Part shown: in pieces, positions 1 to 10,994 of the stretch
How the letters are laid out: each line of letters starts with the position of its first letter
Numbering within the stretch: position 1 is the first letter of the stretch
NCBI GenBank assembly: GCA_963850305.1
Contig: CAWKKR010000005.1
Location: 288,001 to 352,000 of the forward strand
DNA from: an uncultured delta proteobacterium
Lineage (GTDB): Bacteria; Myxococcota_A; Polyangia; Polyangiales; Polyangiaceae
Direction: 5' to 3'
Length of the DNA stretch: 64,000 nucleotides
Position numbers and translations under genes: made by a program
The notes under the pieces: generated by a model
What the model saw: the letters and a program-made list of their open reading frames with translations, nothing else
Databases searched by the model: none
What the model was told of the DNA's origin: nothing

Positions 1-1
1 T

Positions 2-760
2 CTGCATATCGGGCGCCTCTCGTTCCAATCCCGACTGCTCGTGGGGACGGGGAAGTACAAGGACGCCGACGAGACGCGGCGCGCTCTCGAGGCGTCCGGT
101 GCGGAGATCGTCACCGTGGCCCTTCGCCGCGTGGATTTGAAGGACCGCGGCCGCGGCTCGCTGATGGAGCTCGTGCTCAGCAAACGCTGGACGATCCTGC
201 CCAATACCGCCGGTTGCTACACCGCGGAAGAAGCCGTGCGGACGCTAAACCTCGCGAGGGAGCTCGGCATCGCGGACATCGTCAAGCTCGAGGTGATCGG
301 CGACCCGCGTACGCTGTATCCGGACAACGAGCAGACGCTGGAAGCGGCGAAGATTCTCGTGAAGGACGGCTTCACGGTCCTGCCGTATTGCATGGACGAT
401 CCCGTCCTCTGCCGAAAGCTAGAGGATGCAGGATGTGCTGCGGTGATGCCGCTCGCGGCGCCGATTGGCTCCGGTCTCGGCATCCGCAACCCATACAACC
501 TCGCCGTCATCCTCGAGCAAGCGAAAGTTCCGGTGATCGTCGACGCGGGTGTGGGAACGGCGAGCGACGCGGCCGTGGCGATGGAGCTCGGTTGCCACGG
601 CGTGCTGATGAACACGGCCATCGCGCAAGCAAAGAACCCCGTGCTCATGGCGGAGGCAATGGGTGCTGCGGTGGGCGCCGGCAGGAAGGCGTTCCTGGCC
701 GGGCGCATGCCGCGCCGCCTGCACGCGAGCGCTTCGAGTCCGGAAGCGGGCCTGATTTGA
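2..760 (+). CDS. thiG: Thiazole synthase (5'-truncated by window edge)
   Basis: Frame open from nt 2 ([19 protein letters not shown]); ThiG motifs [37 protein letters not shown]. Confidence 0.97.
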   Translation: MHIGRLSFQSRLLVGTGKYKDADETRRALEASGAEIVTVALRRVDLKDRGRGSLMELVLSKRWTILPNTAGCYTAEEAVRTLNLARELGIADIVKLEVIGDPRTLYPDNEQTLEAAKILVKDGFTVLPYCMDDPVLCRKLEDAGCAAVMPLAAPIGSGLGIRNPYNLAVILEQAKVPVIVDAGVGTASDAAVAMELGCHGVLMNTAIAQAKNPVLMAEAMGAAVGAGRKAFLAGRMPRRLHASASSPEAGLI

Positions 761-1986
761 GGGCTGCCGTCGCGCCGGAACGCTTCAGTTCGTATCAGAG
801 ACGGCTCTTCGTCTTCCTGAGCGCCGCGTCGTTCTTCGAAGGGTATGACTTCATCGCCCTCACGCAGATCTTGCCGAATTTCCGGGCAGCCATGGGCGTC
901 GGGAAGGACACGATCGGCGACATGCTCGCGCTCATCAACCTGGGCACGGTCGTCGCCTTCGCGTTCATTCGCAGCGCGGACCGGTTCGGTCGCAAGAGCG
1001 TGCTCACCGCGACCATCGCCGGGTACACGACGATGACGTTTCTGTCCGGCCTCGCCCCGACGCCGTGGGCATTCGCCGTCTGTCAGATGCTCGCCAGGAT
1101 TTTTCTGGTCACTGAATATGTGACGAGCATGATTGTCATCTCCGAGGAGTTTCCGGCAACCCGGCGCGGCACAGCGATCGGCGTCGTGGCCGCGTTCTCC
1201 AGCTTCGGAGCGATCGTGTGCGCGGGACTGGTGCCGCTCCTGCTCGAGTCACGCTATGGGTGGCGCACCGTCTATCTGGTCGCGATCATCCCGCTTCTGG
1301 GAGTGGCGTACGCGCGGCGTGGCCTGAAGGAGACGCGGCGCTTCACGGAAACGGTCGCCGAGCCGTCCGCGAGGTCCTTTTTTCACGTCTGGAGGACGCC
1401 GCACCGGAAGAGGGTCGTCGAACTGGGAGTCGTGTGGTGTGTTGCGTACATCGCGACCCAGAACACGGTCACGTTCTTCAAGGACTTTGCCGTCAACGAG
1501 CGCGGTCTCTCGGACAAGCAGGTTGGCCTGTCCATCGGCGTGGCGGCGCTGGTGGCGCTGCCGCTCGTGTTTTACGTCGGGAAGATGCTCGATTCCCTGG
1601 GACGCCGGCCCGCGGCGGCTATCGTCTTCACGGCCGGCGCCATCGGGACCTGGTGCTCGTACACCGTCGCCGGTCAGGGTCTGCTCACCGTCTCCCTCGT
1701 GTTCGGCATCTTCTCCGCGAGCGCTTTTCTACCGGTCCTGAACGCTTTCTCGACGGAGCTGTTTCCCACGGACATGCGGGCGGACGGCTTTGCCTGGGCG
1801 AATAGCTTGCTCGGGCGGATCGGGTACGTCCTGTCGCCGATCGTAGTGGGCCACCTCGCCGTCCGATTCGGCTGGGGGCCGGTGATCCGAACCCTGGCGA
1901 TTTTCCCACTGATGGGCATTGGACTCGTCTACTGGCTGTTCCCGGAGACCAAAGGGATGTCGCTCGAAGAAACGTCGGCGCTGTGA
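757..1986 (+). CDS. MFS transporter
   Basis: About 12 hydrophobic segments, FEGYD, motif A (ADRFGRK), C-terminal PETKG; TTG start overlaps thiG stop (TTGA). Confidence 0.9.
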   Translation: MRAAVAPERFSSYQRRLFVFLSAASFFEGYDFIALTQILPNFRAAMGVGKDTIGDMLALINLGTVVAFAFIRSADRFGRKSVLTATIAGYTTMTFLSGLAPTPWAFAVCQMLARIFLVTEYVTSMIVISEEFPATRRGTAIGVVAAFSSFGAIVCAGLVPLLLESRYGWRTVYLVAIIPLLGVAYARRGLKETRRFTETVAEPSARSFFHVWRTPHRKRVVELGVVWCVAYIATQNTVTFFKDFAVNERGLSDKQVGLSIGVAALVALPLVFYVGKMLDSLGRRPAAAIVFTAGAIGTWCSYTVAGQGLLTVSLVFGIFSASAFLPVLNAFSTELFPTDMRADGFAWANSLLGRIGYVLSPIVVGHLAVRFGWGPVIRTLAIFPLMGIGLVYWLFPETKGMSLEETSAL

Positions 1987-2101
1987 CTGGAGCGGCTCCG
2001 GACTCGACTCGGGACTTACCCGTGGTCGCTGGCGTCGGTGTCTGGCTCGTCGTCTACGCGGTTCGAGCCCGAGCGTGACGTCGCGAGGCGCGCGTTCGAC
2101 G

Positions 2102-2728
2102 ATGCGACGGGTGCTTCCGCCGCTGATGGTGATCACGGATACCACCGTCCTTGCCACGCCGCTCTTGGAAGCTCGAATCGAGGAGGTTCTGGCCCGCTCG
2201 AAGCCGGCGTCGGTCATCATTCAGCTTCGCGACAGGCAGCTCGGTATTCGTGAACGCCTCGCACTCGGGACCCGGCTCCGCGAATGTTGCCGGCGATACG
2301 ACCAGTGGTTCGCCGTCAACGATCGGCTGGACGTGGCCCGGCTGCTCGATGCCGATGCCGTCCATCTGGGCGAAGGGAGCGTCGATGTGCACGATGCGCG
2401 CGCATTTCTCGGGCCGGGCGTCTGGGTTTCCGTTGCCTGCCACGAGGCGAGCCGCGCCGGACGGCTCGATGCGGACGCGGTCGTCGTGTCGCCGATCATG
2501 GCACCGAGAAAAGGCAATGCGCCGCTCGGGGTCGACGGCATCGCCGCGGCGAGAGCGAGTCTCGACGCCGGGCGCCGCGGTGCCGAGCTCTATGCCCTTG
2601 GCGGGGTGGACGCGTCCAATGCCGCGAGCTGTCTCGAGCATGGCGCCGCCGGAGTCGCGGTCGTCCGCAGCGTTCTGGGCGATGCGGCGCCCTGGCCGTT
2701 GCTCGCGGCGCTGCGAATTCTCAGATGA
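2102..2728 (+). CDS. thiE: Thiamine-phosphate synthase / TenI family
   Basis: LMVITD, IQLRD, VNDRLDVA, VHLG, YALGGV, GAAGVAV; start approximate; thiE versus tenI not resolved. Confidence 0.82.
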   Translation: MRRVLPPLMVITDTTVLATPLLEARIEEVLARSKPASVIIQLRDRQLGIRERLALGTRLRECCRRYDQWFAVNDRLDVARLLDADAVHLGEGSVDVHDARAFLGPGVWVSVACHEASRAGRLDADAVVVSPIMAPRKGNAPLGVDGIAAARASLDAGRRGAELYALGGVDASNAASCLEHGAAGVAVVRSVLGDAAPWPLLAALRILR

Positions 2729-2735
2729 ACGACTG

Positions 2736-5700
2736 TCAGGCCTCGCGCTTCGCGAGCGAGTAGACGATCTTCGTTCGGTTGAGTTCCAGGACGGCGGCCC
2801 CTGGACCCTCGACGAACTGGACGGCGAGTACTTCCTTCGAAATGGAGTGGCGTGTTCCCGCAGAGCGGTCGAAACGTCGACGTCGTCAGAGGACCATGTC
2901 ACTGCGATGCGGTCGCTGACGTCGAGGCCCGCCTCTTTGCGGGCGTTCTGGAGCAAGCTGACGAACTCGCGCGCGATGCCTTCCCGGCGAAGCGCGTCGT
3001 CAATCTGCAGGTCGAGCGCCACCGTTACGTGCCCGTCGGTCGCGACTGCGGCATGGCCTTTGGACTCGCGCTTGAGGATCACGTCTGCGAGCGTGAGGTC
3101 GACGCCTTCGACGGTGACGGACTGTCCGGCTTCGAGGGCGGACACCTCCGGTGCACCCCACGCTGCCAGGGTCGCCCCGATCTCCTTCAGCTTCGGGCCG
3201 CATCTCTTGCCGAGGGTCTTGAAGTTCGGTTTGACGGTCACCGACGCAAGTGTCGTCTCGTCGAGTTCGACGCCGACACGCTTCACGTTGATCTCGTCCT
3301 CGATGAGCTCGGCCGAGGCCAGGACTGCTTCGCGCACGCGCGCGTCGCGATGCGCAACGGTGAGGCTCGACAGAGGCTGGCGAACCTTTATCTTGTGGTC
3401 CTCCCGGATCTTCCGCGCGAGCGCGACGACGGCGCGCACCACGCCCATGCGTTCTTCCAGTGCGGCGTCGATGAGCGTGACGTCCGCTTGCGGGAAATCC
3501 GAGAAGTGCACGCTCGGCGGCGCGCTCGCGTCGACCGCGACCACGAGCCGTTGATAGACGGTCTCGGTCAAGAATGGCATGAACGGGGCGAGCACCTTGG
3601 CGAAGGTGACGAGCACGTCGTAGAGCGTCGCGTAGGCATTCGTCTTGTCCGCATCGTCGTCGGACTTCCAGAACCGCGGTCGAGAACGCCGGACGTACCA
3701 GTTCGTCAGATCGTCGATGAACGCCACCAGGCGCGGCACGACGTTGTAGAGCCGGTAGCCCTCCATCTCGCGATTCACGTCGGACAGAAGGCTCTGCAGG
3801 ACGCTCAGGATCCATCGGTCGATGGCGGGACGCTCGCCCGGCGACGAGGGCCGTGTCGCCCCAGGGTCGTACCCATCGACGATGGCGTACGTGGTGAAGA
3901 AGCTCAGGGCGTTCCAGTACGGCAGCACGACGGTCCGCACGATTTCCTTGAGGCCGCGTTCGGAGAAACGGAGCGGCTCGCCGCGAACGACGGGGGAATC
4001 GATCATGTACGCGCGGACGGCGTCCGCACCGTACGTGGAGATGACGACGTTCGGGTCAGGGTAGTTCTTTTTGCTCTTCGACATCTTCTGGCCGTCCTCG
4101 GCCAGGATGAGCCCGTTCACCACGACGTTGCGGAACGGTGACCTGTCGAACAGCGACGTCCCGAGGACGAGCAGCGTGTAAAACCAGCCACGAGTCTGAT
4201 CGAGCCCCTCTGCGATGAAATGAGCCGGAAAGAACGACTCGAAGCGGTCTTCATTCTCGAACGGGTAGTGCTGCTGGGCGTAGGGCATCGACCCCGACTC
4301 GAACCAGCAATCCAGCACCTCCGGCGTGCGACGATAGGTCTTGCCGTCCTTCTGGATCACGACCTGATCCACGACGTGCTTGTGGAGGTCCGTCACCCGG
4401 ACGCCGCTCAATGCCTCGAGTTCCGCGATGGAACCGACGCAAATGCGGTCTGCGGGATCTCGTTCGTTGATCCAGAGCGGCATGCACGACCCCCAGAAAC
4501 GATTGCGGCTGATGTTCCAGTCGTTCGCGTCCTTGAGCCAGTTGCCGAACCTATTTTCGCCCACGGCCTGCGGGATCCAGGTCACCGTGCTGTTTTGCGC
4601 CGCGAGATCAGCTCGGATGTCCGCGACGCGGACGTACCAGGCGTCGATCGCGCGGTACACGAGCGGGGTCTCGGTTCGATAGCAAAATGGGTAGCTGTGA
4701 ACGAGCGTCGAATGAAGAACGAGGTGGCCATCTTCCTTCAGCTTCTTGATGATCGCCTTGTCCGCATCCTTGCATTGCTGGCCCACGAAGTCCGGCACAC
4801 GAGCGGTGAACCGGGCCTCGGTATCGAGCGGATCGACTAGCTCGATGCCGGCCCCGCGGCACACGCGAAAGTCGTCTTCTCCGTAGGCGGGAGCGAGATG
4901 GACGATGCCGGTGCCGTCCTCCGTCGTGACGAAGGCGTCCGCCAGTACGACGAAGCTATTTGCATGTTCCGCGAAGTACGGGAACAGCGGCTCGTAGGCC
5001 AGAGTCGTGAGCTCGGCGCCGTCGAAGCGCGCGAGTTCCGAAAATGAGGTCGAATAATGAGCGACGCGTGCCGCAGCGAGTACGCACAGCGGCGATCCAG
5101 GGGTAAATCGGCCGAGCACGTACTCGACGTTGGGCGCGACCGCGAGCGCGAGGTTCGACGGTAATGTCCACGGTGTCGTCGTCCACGCGAGCAGCCAGAC
5201 CGGCTCGTTATCGGTGATTGCGTCCTTCGGAGCGGCGGAGAGGAGTCGCTCGGCGCCGCGCGTGATCTGGAAACGTACCGTGATTGCCGGATCCTGGACG
5301 TCCTTGTAGTTCAGGTTCGCTTCGAAGTTCGAGAGGGGTGTCCCGAGCTTCCAGCTGTAGGGCATGATCCGGTAGGACTTGTAGACCCGACCCTTGTCCC
5401 AGAGCCGCTTGAACACCCACCACACGGACTCCATGAAGTCCGGGTCCATCGTCTTGTAGTCGTCGTCGAAGTCGACCCAGCGCCCCATTCGGGTGACGGT
5501 CCTCTGCCACTCGGCGACATAAGCGAGCACCATGGAACGGCACTGCTCGTTGAAAGCGGCAACGCCGCGCTCGTAGATCTGAGCGGCACCGGCCAGGCCC
5601 ATGGCCTCCTGGGCGAGCGCTTCGATCGGTAAACCGTGACAGTCCCACCCGAAGCGGCGCTCGACGGGATGCCCGCGCATGTTCCAGTAACGCGGCACGA

Positions 5701-5911
5701 TATCTTTGATCGTCCCCGCCAGGAGATGCCCGTAGTGCGGCGCTCCGGTCGCAAACGGCGGGCCGTCGTAGAATACGAAGGGTGTCCCGTTTGCGCGCCG
5801 GCGATTCGATTCGGCGAACGCGTCCAGCCGTTGCCAGAGTGCGAGCACTTCCTCTTCCAAGGCCGGGAAGTGGACCTGCGAGGGAACTTTTTCGAAGAGC
5901 GGACGGGACAT
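2736..5911 (-). CDS. ileS: Isoleucine--tRNA ligase, type 2; apparent 1-nt frameshift near 2850
   Basis: DGPPFATGAPHYGH, GWDCHGLP, WTTTPWTLPSN, EGLDQTRGWF, KMSKS; shifted frame gives ...SISKEVLAVQF...SLAKREA* ending at 2736, which removes the implausible overlap with thiE. Confidence 0.96.
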
Positions 5912-5958
5912 TCGACCGCGTCGCTTCTACCGCACGCGCCGCCATCGGGCGACCGTCC

Positions 5959-6594
5959 TCAGCGTGATGGCGCGGGTGCGCTTCCGCCAGCGGGCAAACA
6001 GACGGGCGACATGCACGCGAACCCTGGCTGACAATCGTTGTTGCTCATGCAGGGATAAACGCAGCGACCCACCTGCGTGTTGCATCTGTGCGAGCGGCAT
6101 TGCGCGTCGGATTGACAGGGCAGGGCGCTTCCGAGGTTCCAGCTGCCGGGCGACGCACTGGCGTTCGGGGACGGGCCGGCTGGCGAGGGCGGGTACTGAC
6201 CGTAGGACTGGGACGGCGCCCTTTGCCCGTAACCCTGGGGTGGTGGTGCGGACGCAGGCGGCTGCTGGCCGTAGTAACCAGGAGGCGGCTGCCCATCCCC
6301 TTGCTGACCGTACGGGGGCGGGTAACCCGGAGGAGGCTGGCCGTACTGCGGCTGTTGACCGTAAGATTGCTGACCGTAAGTTGGCGGCTGTCCGTAGGGC
6401 CCTGGTTGCGGTGGGGGCTGTCCATAGGCGGGTTGTGGCCCGTACGGCGGCGGCTGCCCGTAGCGACCACAAGGTGTCTGTCCACCGTACCCACCCTGAG
6501 CGGGCGGCGCGTCTTCTTCGTTCTTCTTGCAGGCGAGCGTCGCCAGCAAAGGAACCAGGATGGAAATCACGAAGACGAGACGATCCTGACGCAT
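5959..6594 (-). CDS. Lipoprotein with Y/G/Q/P low-complexity region and Cys-rich C-terminus
   Basis: Signal plus lipobox-like LATLAC; YGQ(P/Q)P repeats; C-terminal CQSDAQC...CMSNNDC. Confidence 0.75.
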   Translation of the reverse strand: MRQDRLVFVISILVPLLATLACKKNEEDAPPAQGGYGGQTPCGRYGQPPPYGPQPAYGQPPPQPGPYGQPPTYGQQSYGQQPQYGQPPPGYPPPYGQQGDGQPPPGYYGQQPPASAPPPQGYGQRAPSQSYGQYPPSPAGPSPNASASPGSWNLGSALPCQSDAQCRSHRCNTQVGRCVYPCMSNNDCQPGFACMSPVCLPAGGSAPAPSR

Positions 6595-6691
6595 GAAAAC
6601 TCCGAGGGAAATCAATCTACCACCCCACTGGTCGATGATACATCGGTAAGCGAGGCGCGGGCGGCGTGGTATCCTCCCGATTCTCACGTTC

Positions 6692-7891
6692 ATGACCGGC
6701 AAGTCGGAGCAGGGAGAGCTTCTCGGATCCGAACCGGTGGAACGGCTCGAGGCGGTCGTGCTTGCGGCGCTGCGACGGAAGCCCGGCGGCGAAGCCAAGC
6801 TGGCGGGGGCCTTTCGCGCGCTCTGCCCCCACTCCGGGCGGTTATCCGGACTCCTCCGGCGCACCGTCGAGACTTTGACGCAGCGGGGGAGCTTCGCGCG
6901 CTCGCTGTACGTGGGCTCGGTGCGGGCGCTATGCGATGTCGACGCGAGCGCGGCTGCATTGGTGCTCGAGCGAGCGCTGCGGAGCGTCGACGCGGGAGGG
7001 CTCGCCACGCTTTCCGCGGCGTGTCGGATCGGGAGCGGCCGACTCGCCGAACCTCTCGCAAAGGTGGCGGGGTCGAGGCATTCGCATCTGGCGTTTGCCG
7101 CCGAAGTAGCGCGCATCGCGCGCTCGGAATCGGGGGGTGAGCGCATCGAAGAGCTAGCGCCGCGGATCAAGGAAAGTCACCGCATCGCGCTTTGCGTCGA
7201 CGTGTTCGTGCCCTTGCTCCGCGGCTCCCCCCTGCCGCTGGCGGTCGCCCCGGCGCTTGCCGTCCTGCGCGACGCAGAGCGACACCTCGGCCGCTGGCTC
7301 GTGTTCGCGGAGGTGGCCACCCGTGCCGGCGATCCAAAGCCGCTCGCGGAGGCGAGGTCCCGGGCCGTGGCCGGACCTTCCGCGGCCCGAGCGGCGTGGG
7401 CGCTCGTTGCATGGGCGCTCGCGGAAGGCGAGCCGCCGACGGTGAGACCGACGGTGGAGATTGTTTCGCGACTCTCTGACCGACCGAGTAGAGACCGCAA
7501 TCCAACGTTTCTCTATCGGCTCGCGGAGGCCAGAGTGCCGTCGGCGCGGCCGATGCTCGAGAGCCTGGCTCGCGGACCGCTGCGGACCGACGTTGCGGTG
7601 CGCGCCGCAATGTACCTCGCTCGCGACCATGGACGCGACGATCTGCGCGTCGCCCTGGCCGCCGTGATGGACAATCCCCGGCGTGATGCGCTCCGGGGGA
7701 TGGCTGCCGCCGCGCTGTTCGATCTTGGAGAGCGCGCGCGTGCGTCCGTGCTGGCCGATGAATTCGTGGTGAGTCGACAGCTGACGACGCTCGCATGGGG
7801 AGCGCTCCTTCGCGTAGCCCGCGCCGGAGGGCTGGACCGCGTCGTCTCGGAGCCTACCTACCGGCGCGTTCAACTCGGCTGGCTCGAATGA
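6692..7891 (+). CDS. Hypothetical helical (HEAT-like) protein
   Basis: 399-aa Ala/Leu/Arg-rich ORF; ATGA overlap with next gene. Confidence 0.7.
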   Translation: MTGKSEQGELLGSEPVERLEAVVLAALRRKPGGEAKLAGAFRALCPHSGRLSGLLRRTVETLTQRGSFARSLYVGSVRALCDVDASAAALVLERALRSVDAGGLATLSAACRIGSGRLAEPLAKVAGSRHSHLAFAAEVARIARSESGGERIEELAPRIKESHRIALCVDVFVPLLRGSPLPLAVAPALAVLRDAERHLGRWLVFAEVATRAGDPKPLAEARSRAVAGPSAARAAWALVAWALAEGEPPTVRPTVEIVSRLSDRPSRDRNPTFLYRLAEARVPSARPMLESLARGPLRTDVAVRAAMYLARDHGRDDLRVALAAVMDNPRRDALRGMAAAALFDLGERARASVLADEFVVSRQLTTLAWGALLRVARAGGLDRVVSEPTYRRVQLGWLE

Positions 7892-9432
7892 GCCACCTGT
7901 CGCGACCGATGCTCGTCATCGGTGCGATCATCGCGTGGGCGCAGAGCTCCATCGCCGAGTCCAACGCAGTTCGAGCTGCACCATCGTGTCTCACGGTCGC
8001 ACACGACGACCAAGGACATATCGTCCGCGCTGCGACCTCACACGCCTCTCCGTCGCGGACATTGCCGCCAATTCTGGCAGCGCAGATTGACGGCAGCGTA
8101 GACCACGACGCGCTTTCGTGGAGCCTTCTCTGTCCCCGGGGGAAGATGCCGGCCGGCTTGCGTCTGGAGTCGCGACGTCCCGACGGATCGTTTCTGGACG
8201 TGCTCGAGCCGCTCAGCGTGGTTGCCGCTTCGTGTCCCAGTGGCACGCCCGCGGGAGCAACGTGCGCCGACACCGGTCCAATCCGCATCGTGGTCGACGC
8301 GGTCGATCGCTCGTACGCGCCGTCAGCGTCGCACTCGCTGCTCGGAGAAGTTGGGGGAGCGCTCGAGGTCGTCGATCAGGGAGGCGTGCTCGCCCGCATT
8401 CCAGTGGGAGGCCCCCGCGAGAGCGCCATGGGTCCCATCGATTCGTACCGGGGGACGCTCCACTTGCACGTCGTCCGCACATCGCGGGGGGGCGCGCCGC
8501 CGGTCGGCGGAACCGACGCGGGGGCCCGCGCCGTCGCGATAGCCGAGGCACGAACGGCGAGCATGCTCTGGGGTCAGTGCGGCATCACCTTCGGGCGCGA
8601 CGACGAGGTTGCGGTGGACGTGGTCGATCCGCCGCCGTCGTTTCTCGTCGCATTCGGCTGCAATGCGGGTTTACCGTCGAGCGGAGGCGACGTCGCCCTC
8701 GCTGTCGATGGGAAGGAGGTCCGCGCGGCCACGCGGGTTGGCGACGAACCGGTTCGAGTGGCGGAGTCCTTCGCGCTTGCCGCCCAGAAGGCCGGATTTT
8801 CTGCCGTAGTCAGCCCGAACGCACGGATCTCGCCGGCGGCGTTGCGCACGGCGGACGTTCTGATCCGAGATGCCGACGGCGCTCTCGCCACGGTGGCTCG
8901 CATCGACGGGCAGCCCCCGACGACCGACGCGACGCTCGGCGTTTGCGTCGGAGAAGTGAACCTAGCGGACGGGCTGACGCACTTCGATGACCTCGACGCG
9001 GCCGCCGGCACGCTCGAGGAGCGAACGCTCATCAAGGCGTATCAGGACGACGATCCCTCGACGATCGACGTCTTCATCATTCCCAGCTTTTCGAAGACGG
9101 GCCGGATTGGAGAGTCGTTCATCGACTCGGACGGTTCGGCGATTCAAAACGTCGTTCTCGTCGATCGAGCCGGGATCAGGGCGGGGCCGCGCTCTTACGC
9201 GCTAGCGCACGAGCTCGGTCACGTGCTGCTCGATATGCCCGGTCATCCCGACGATTACGGCGTGGATCGGCCCTGGATGTTGATGGACGCGGACGCTACG
9301 GATGGCAGCGTCTTGGGCCCGCGCCGGCTATCTCTCGCCGACTGCGAGCGGGCCATCCGCGAGAGCGGGCCTCACGCGACGGCCCCGTTGCTCCGTCCCG
9401 TGCCGCTTCGAATGGCTCCCAACCAACCCTGA
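7888..9432 (+). CDS. Secreted putative zinc metallopeptidase
   Basis: N-terminal signal-like segment; ALAHELGHVLLDMPGH followed by LM (Met-turn-like). Confidence 0.72.
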   Translation: MSHLSRPMLVIGAIIAWAQSSIAESNAVRAAPSCLTVAHDDQGHIVRAATSHASPSRTLPPILAAQIDGSVDHDALSWSLLCPRGKMPAGLRLESRRPDGSFLDVLEPLSVVAASCPSGTPAGATCADTGPIRIVVDAVDRSYAPSASHSLLGEVGGALEVVDQGGVLARIPVGGPRESAMGPIDSYRGTLHLHVVRTSRGGAPPVGGTDAGARAVAIAEARTASMLWGQCGITFGRDDEVAVDVVDPPPSFLVAFGCNAGLPSSGGDVALAVDGKEVRAATRVGDEPVRVAESFALAAQKAGFSAVVSPNARISPAALRTADVLIRDADGALATVARIDGQPPTTDATLGVCVGEVNLADGLTHFDDLDAAAGTLEERTLIKAYQDDDPSTIDVFIIPSFSKTGRIGESFIDSDGSAIQNVVLVDRAGIRAGPRSYALAHELGHVLLDMPGHPDDYGVDRPWMLMDADATDGSVLGPRRLSLADCERAIRESGPHATAPLLRPVPLRMAPNQP

Positions 9433-9446
9433 TGACCCGTCAGTAG

Positions 9447-9690
9447 ATGCCCATCGGCGAGAGCGCCTTCCCCGAAGCATGAAGCTCGGGTCGTCGCGTG
9501 GACGGTGGAGTCGAGTGTATCCTGCCGCGGCGTCGGGAACGAGGTCGGCCGTGACTTGGTGCCAAGAACCCGTTCAGTAGATGGACCCGGAGCCCTGCGA
9601 GCACCCCGAATTGTGACCGCGGGTCGAAAGATCCGGGAGCACGCCTAGTAGACTTCGATGACGAGGGCTCCTCTCGACGCGCCGAAAGGA
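9447..9690 (+). ncRNA. Putative bridge/seek RNA region of the IS110
   Basis: Internal TCAGTAGATG (9574-9583) equals the left junction; CCTAGTAGA (9644-9652) equals the predicted circle junction; RNA boundaries unknown. Confidence 0.6.
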
Positions 9691-9694
9691 GGAG

Positions 9695-10927
9695 ATGGTC
9701 ATGGAAGTCATGTATCCCCGTTGCGCGGGCCTCGACGTCCACAAGGATAGCGTCGTTGCCTGCGTGCGCTGCGTCAGCGAACCAACGCGGCGCGAGGTCC
9801 GAACGTTCGGCACGACCACACGTAGCCTCTTCGAGCTGGCGGAATGGCTCGAGGAGCACGGCGTGACCCACGTGGCGATGGAGGCCACCGGCGTGTACTG
9901 GAAGCCGGTCTGGCACATGCTCGAAGGGAGCTTCGAACTCGTGCTCGCGAACGCCCAGCACATTCGCAACGTGCCAGGGCGCAAGACCGACGTGAACGAC
10001 GCGACGTGGATCGCCGATCTGCTCGCGCACGGGCTGATCCGCAGCAGTTTCGTGCCTCCTGCGCGAATCCAGGAGCTGCGCGATCTCACTCGAACGCGCA
10101 AGCAGCTCGTGCGAGAAATCGCCCAGCACACGCTGCGCATACAGAAAACGCTCGAGGACTCGAACATCAAGGTCGCGAGCGTCCTGTCCAGCGTGCTCGG
10201 GACCAGCGGCCGGGCGATGCTCGCCGCTCTCATCGCCGGAGAAGATGACCCCGAGCGCCTTGCCGATCTCGCGGTCGGTACCGCGCGCAAGAAGAGGGCC
10301 GACTTGATCGAAGCGCTGCGCGGGCGGGTTACCCCTCATCACCGAGCCATGCTGAAGCTGCATCTCGGCGTCATCGGCTCGCTCGAAGGGGCCCTGGCCG
10401 AGATCGATGCAGCTGCGGGAAAAGCGCTGGAGCCGATCCGGGCGCACGCCGAGATCCTGACGACGATGCCGGGAGTGAGTGACATCGTCGCGAACGTGAT
10501 CGTGGCGGAGATCGGCGTCGACATGTCGCGCTTCCCGTCTGCGGGACACCTCGTGTCCTGGGCCGGCCTCTGCCCCCGCAACGACGAGAGCGCCGGCAAG
10601 CGTCGCTCGACGCGCGTCCGCAAGAGCGCCAACTGGCTCAAGACGACGCTCGTCACATCCGCCTGGGCCGCGGTGCGCACGAAGGAAAGCTACCTTCGAG
10701 CCCAGTTTCTCCGGCTCAAGTCCCGCCGTGGAGCAAAGAAGGCGATCTTGGCCGTCGCCGCATCGATGCTCACCGCCGCCTTCTACATGCTCCGCGACGG
10801 CACTCCCTACCGCGACCTCGGACCCCATCACTTCGACCGCCGCGACCAGAGCAAGACCATCAAACGCCTCGTCCGCCGCTTGACCGACCTCGGCTGCGAA
10901 GTCGAGATCAAACCTCATGCGGCGTAG
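9695..10927 (+). CDS. IS110-family DEDD recombinase/transposase
   Basis: GLDVHK, MEATGVYW, KTDVND (DEDD RuvC-like); GLCPRNDESAGK with catalytic Ser; RBS AAGGAGGAG. Confidence 0.97.
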   Translation: MVMEVMYPRCAGLDVHKDSVVACVRCVSEPTRREVRTFGTTTRSLFELAEWLEEHGVTHVAMEATGVYWKPVWHMLEGSFELVLANAQHIRNVPGRKTDVNDATWIADLLAHGLIRSSFVPPARIQELRDLTRTRKQLVREIAQHTLRIQKTLEDSNIKVASVLSSVLGTSGRAMLAALIAGEDDPERLADLAVGTARKKRADLIEALRGRVTPHHRAMLKLHLGVIGSLEGALAEIDAAAGKALEPIRAHAEILTTMPGVSDIVANVIVAEIGVDMSRFPSAGHLVSWAGLCPRNDESAGKRRSTRVRKSANWLKTTLVTSAWAAVRTKESYLRAQFLRLKSRRGAKKAILAVAASMLTAAFYMLRDGTPYRDLGPHHFDRRDQSKTIKRLVRRLTDLGCEVEIKPHAA

Positions 10928-10936
10928 AGCTTCCTA

Positions 10937-10994
10937 GTAGTTCCGCATCGACGAGCAGCGTCGTCCCCGAGGGATCAAAGAGCTGCGGAACTAC
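10937..10994. repeat. GTAG-type REP-like palindrome
   Basis: Perfect 11-bp inverted repeat GTAGTTCCGCA (10937-10947) and TGCGGAACTAC (10984-10994). Confidence 0.75.

Larger units (their letters stand above)
9442..10940 (+). mobile_element. IS110-family element bounded by AGTAG direct repeats
   Basis: AGTAG at 9442-9446 and 10936-10940; no terminal inverted repeats seen; about 250-nt 5' non-coding region and very short 3' end. Confidence 0.85.

Noticed and set aside
1987..2101. TPP riboswitch before thiE
   Set aside because: No CTGAGA core or other TPP motifs; only a short hairpin
2054..2735. 200-aa C-terminal extension of IleRS overlapping thiE
   Set aside because: Artefact of the frameshift near 2850; the real stop is at 2736-2738
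9440..10918. Long antisense ORF over the IS110 (and similar ones such as 41038-42861, 60044-61543, 13029-15116)
   Set aside because: Shadow or alternative-frame ORFs typical of high-GC codon bias; Arg-rich, with no recognisable motifs
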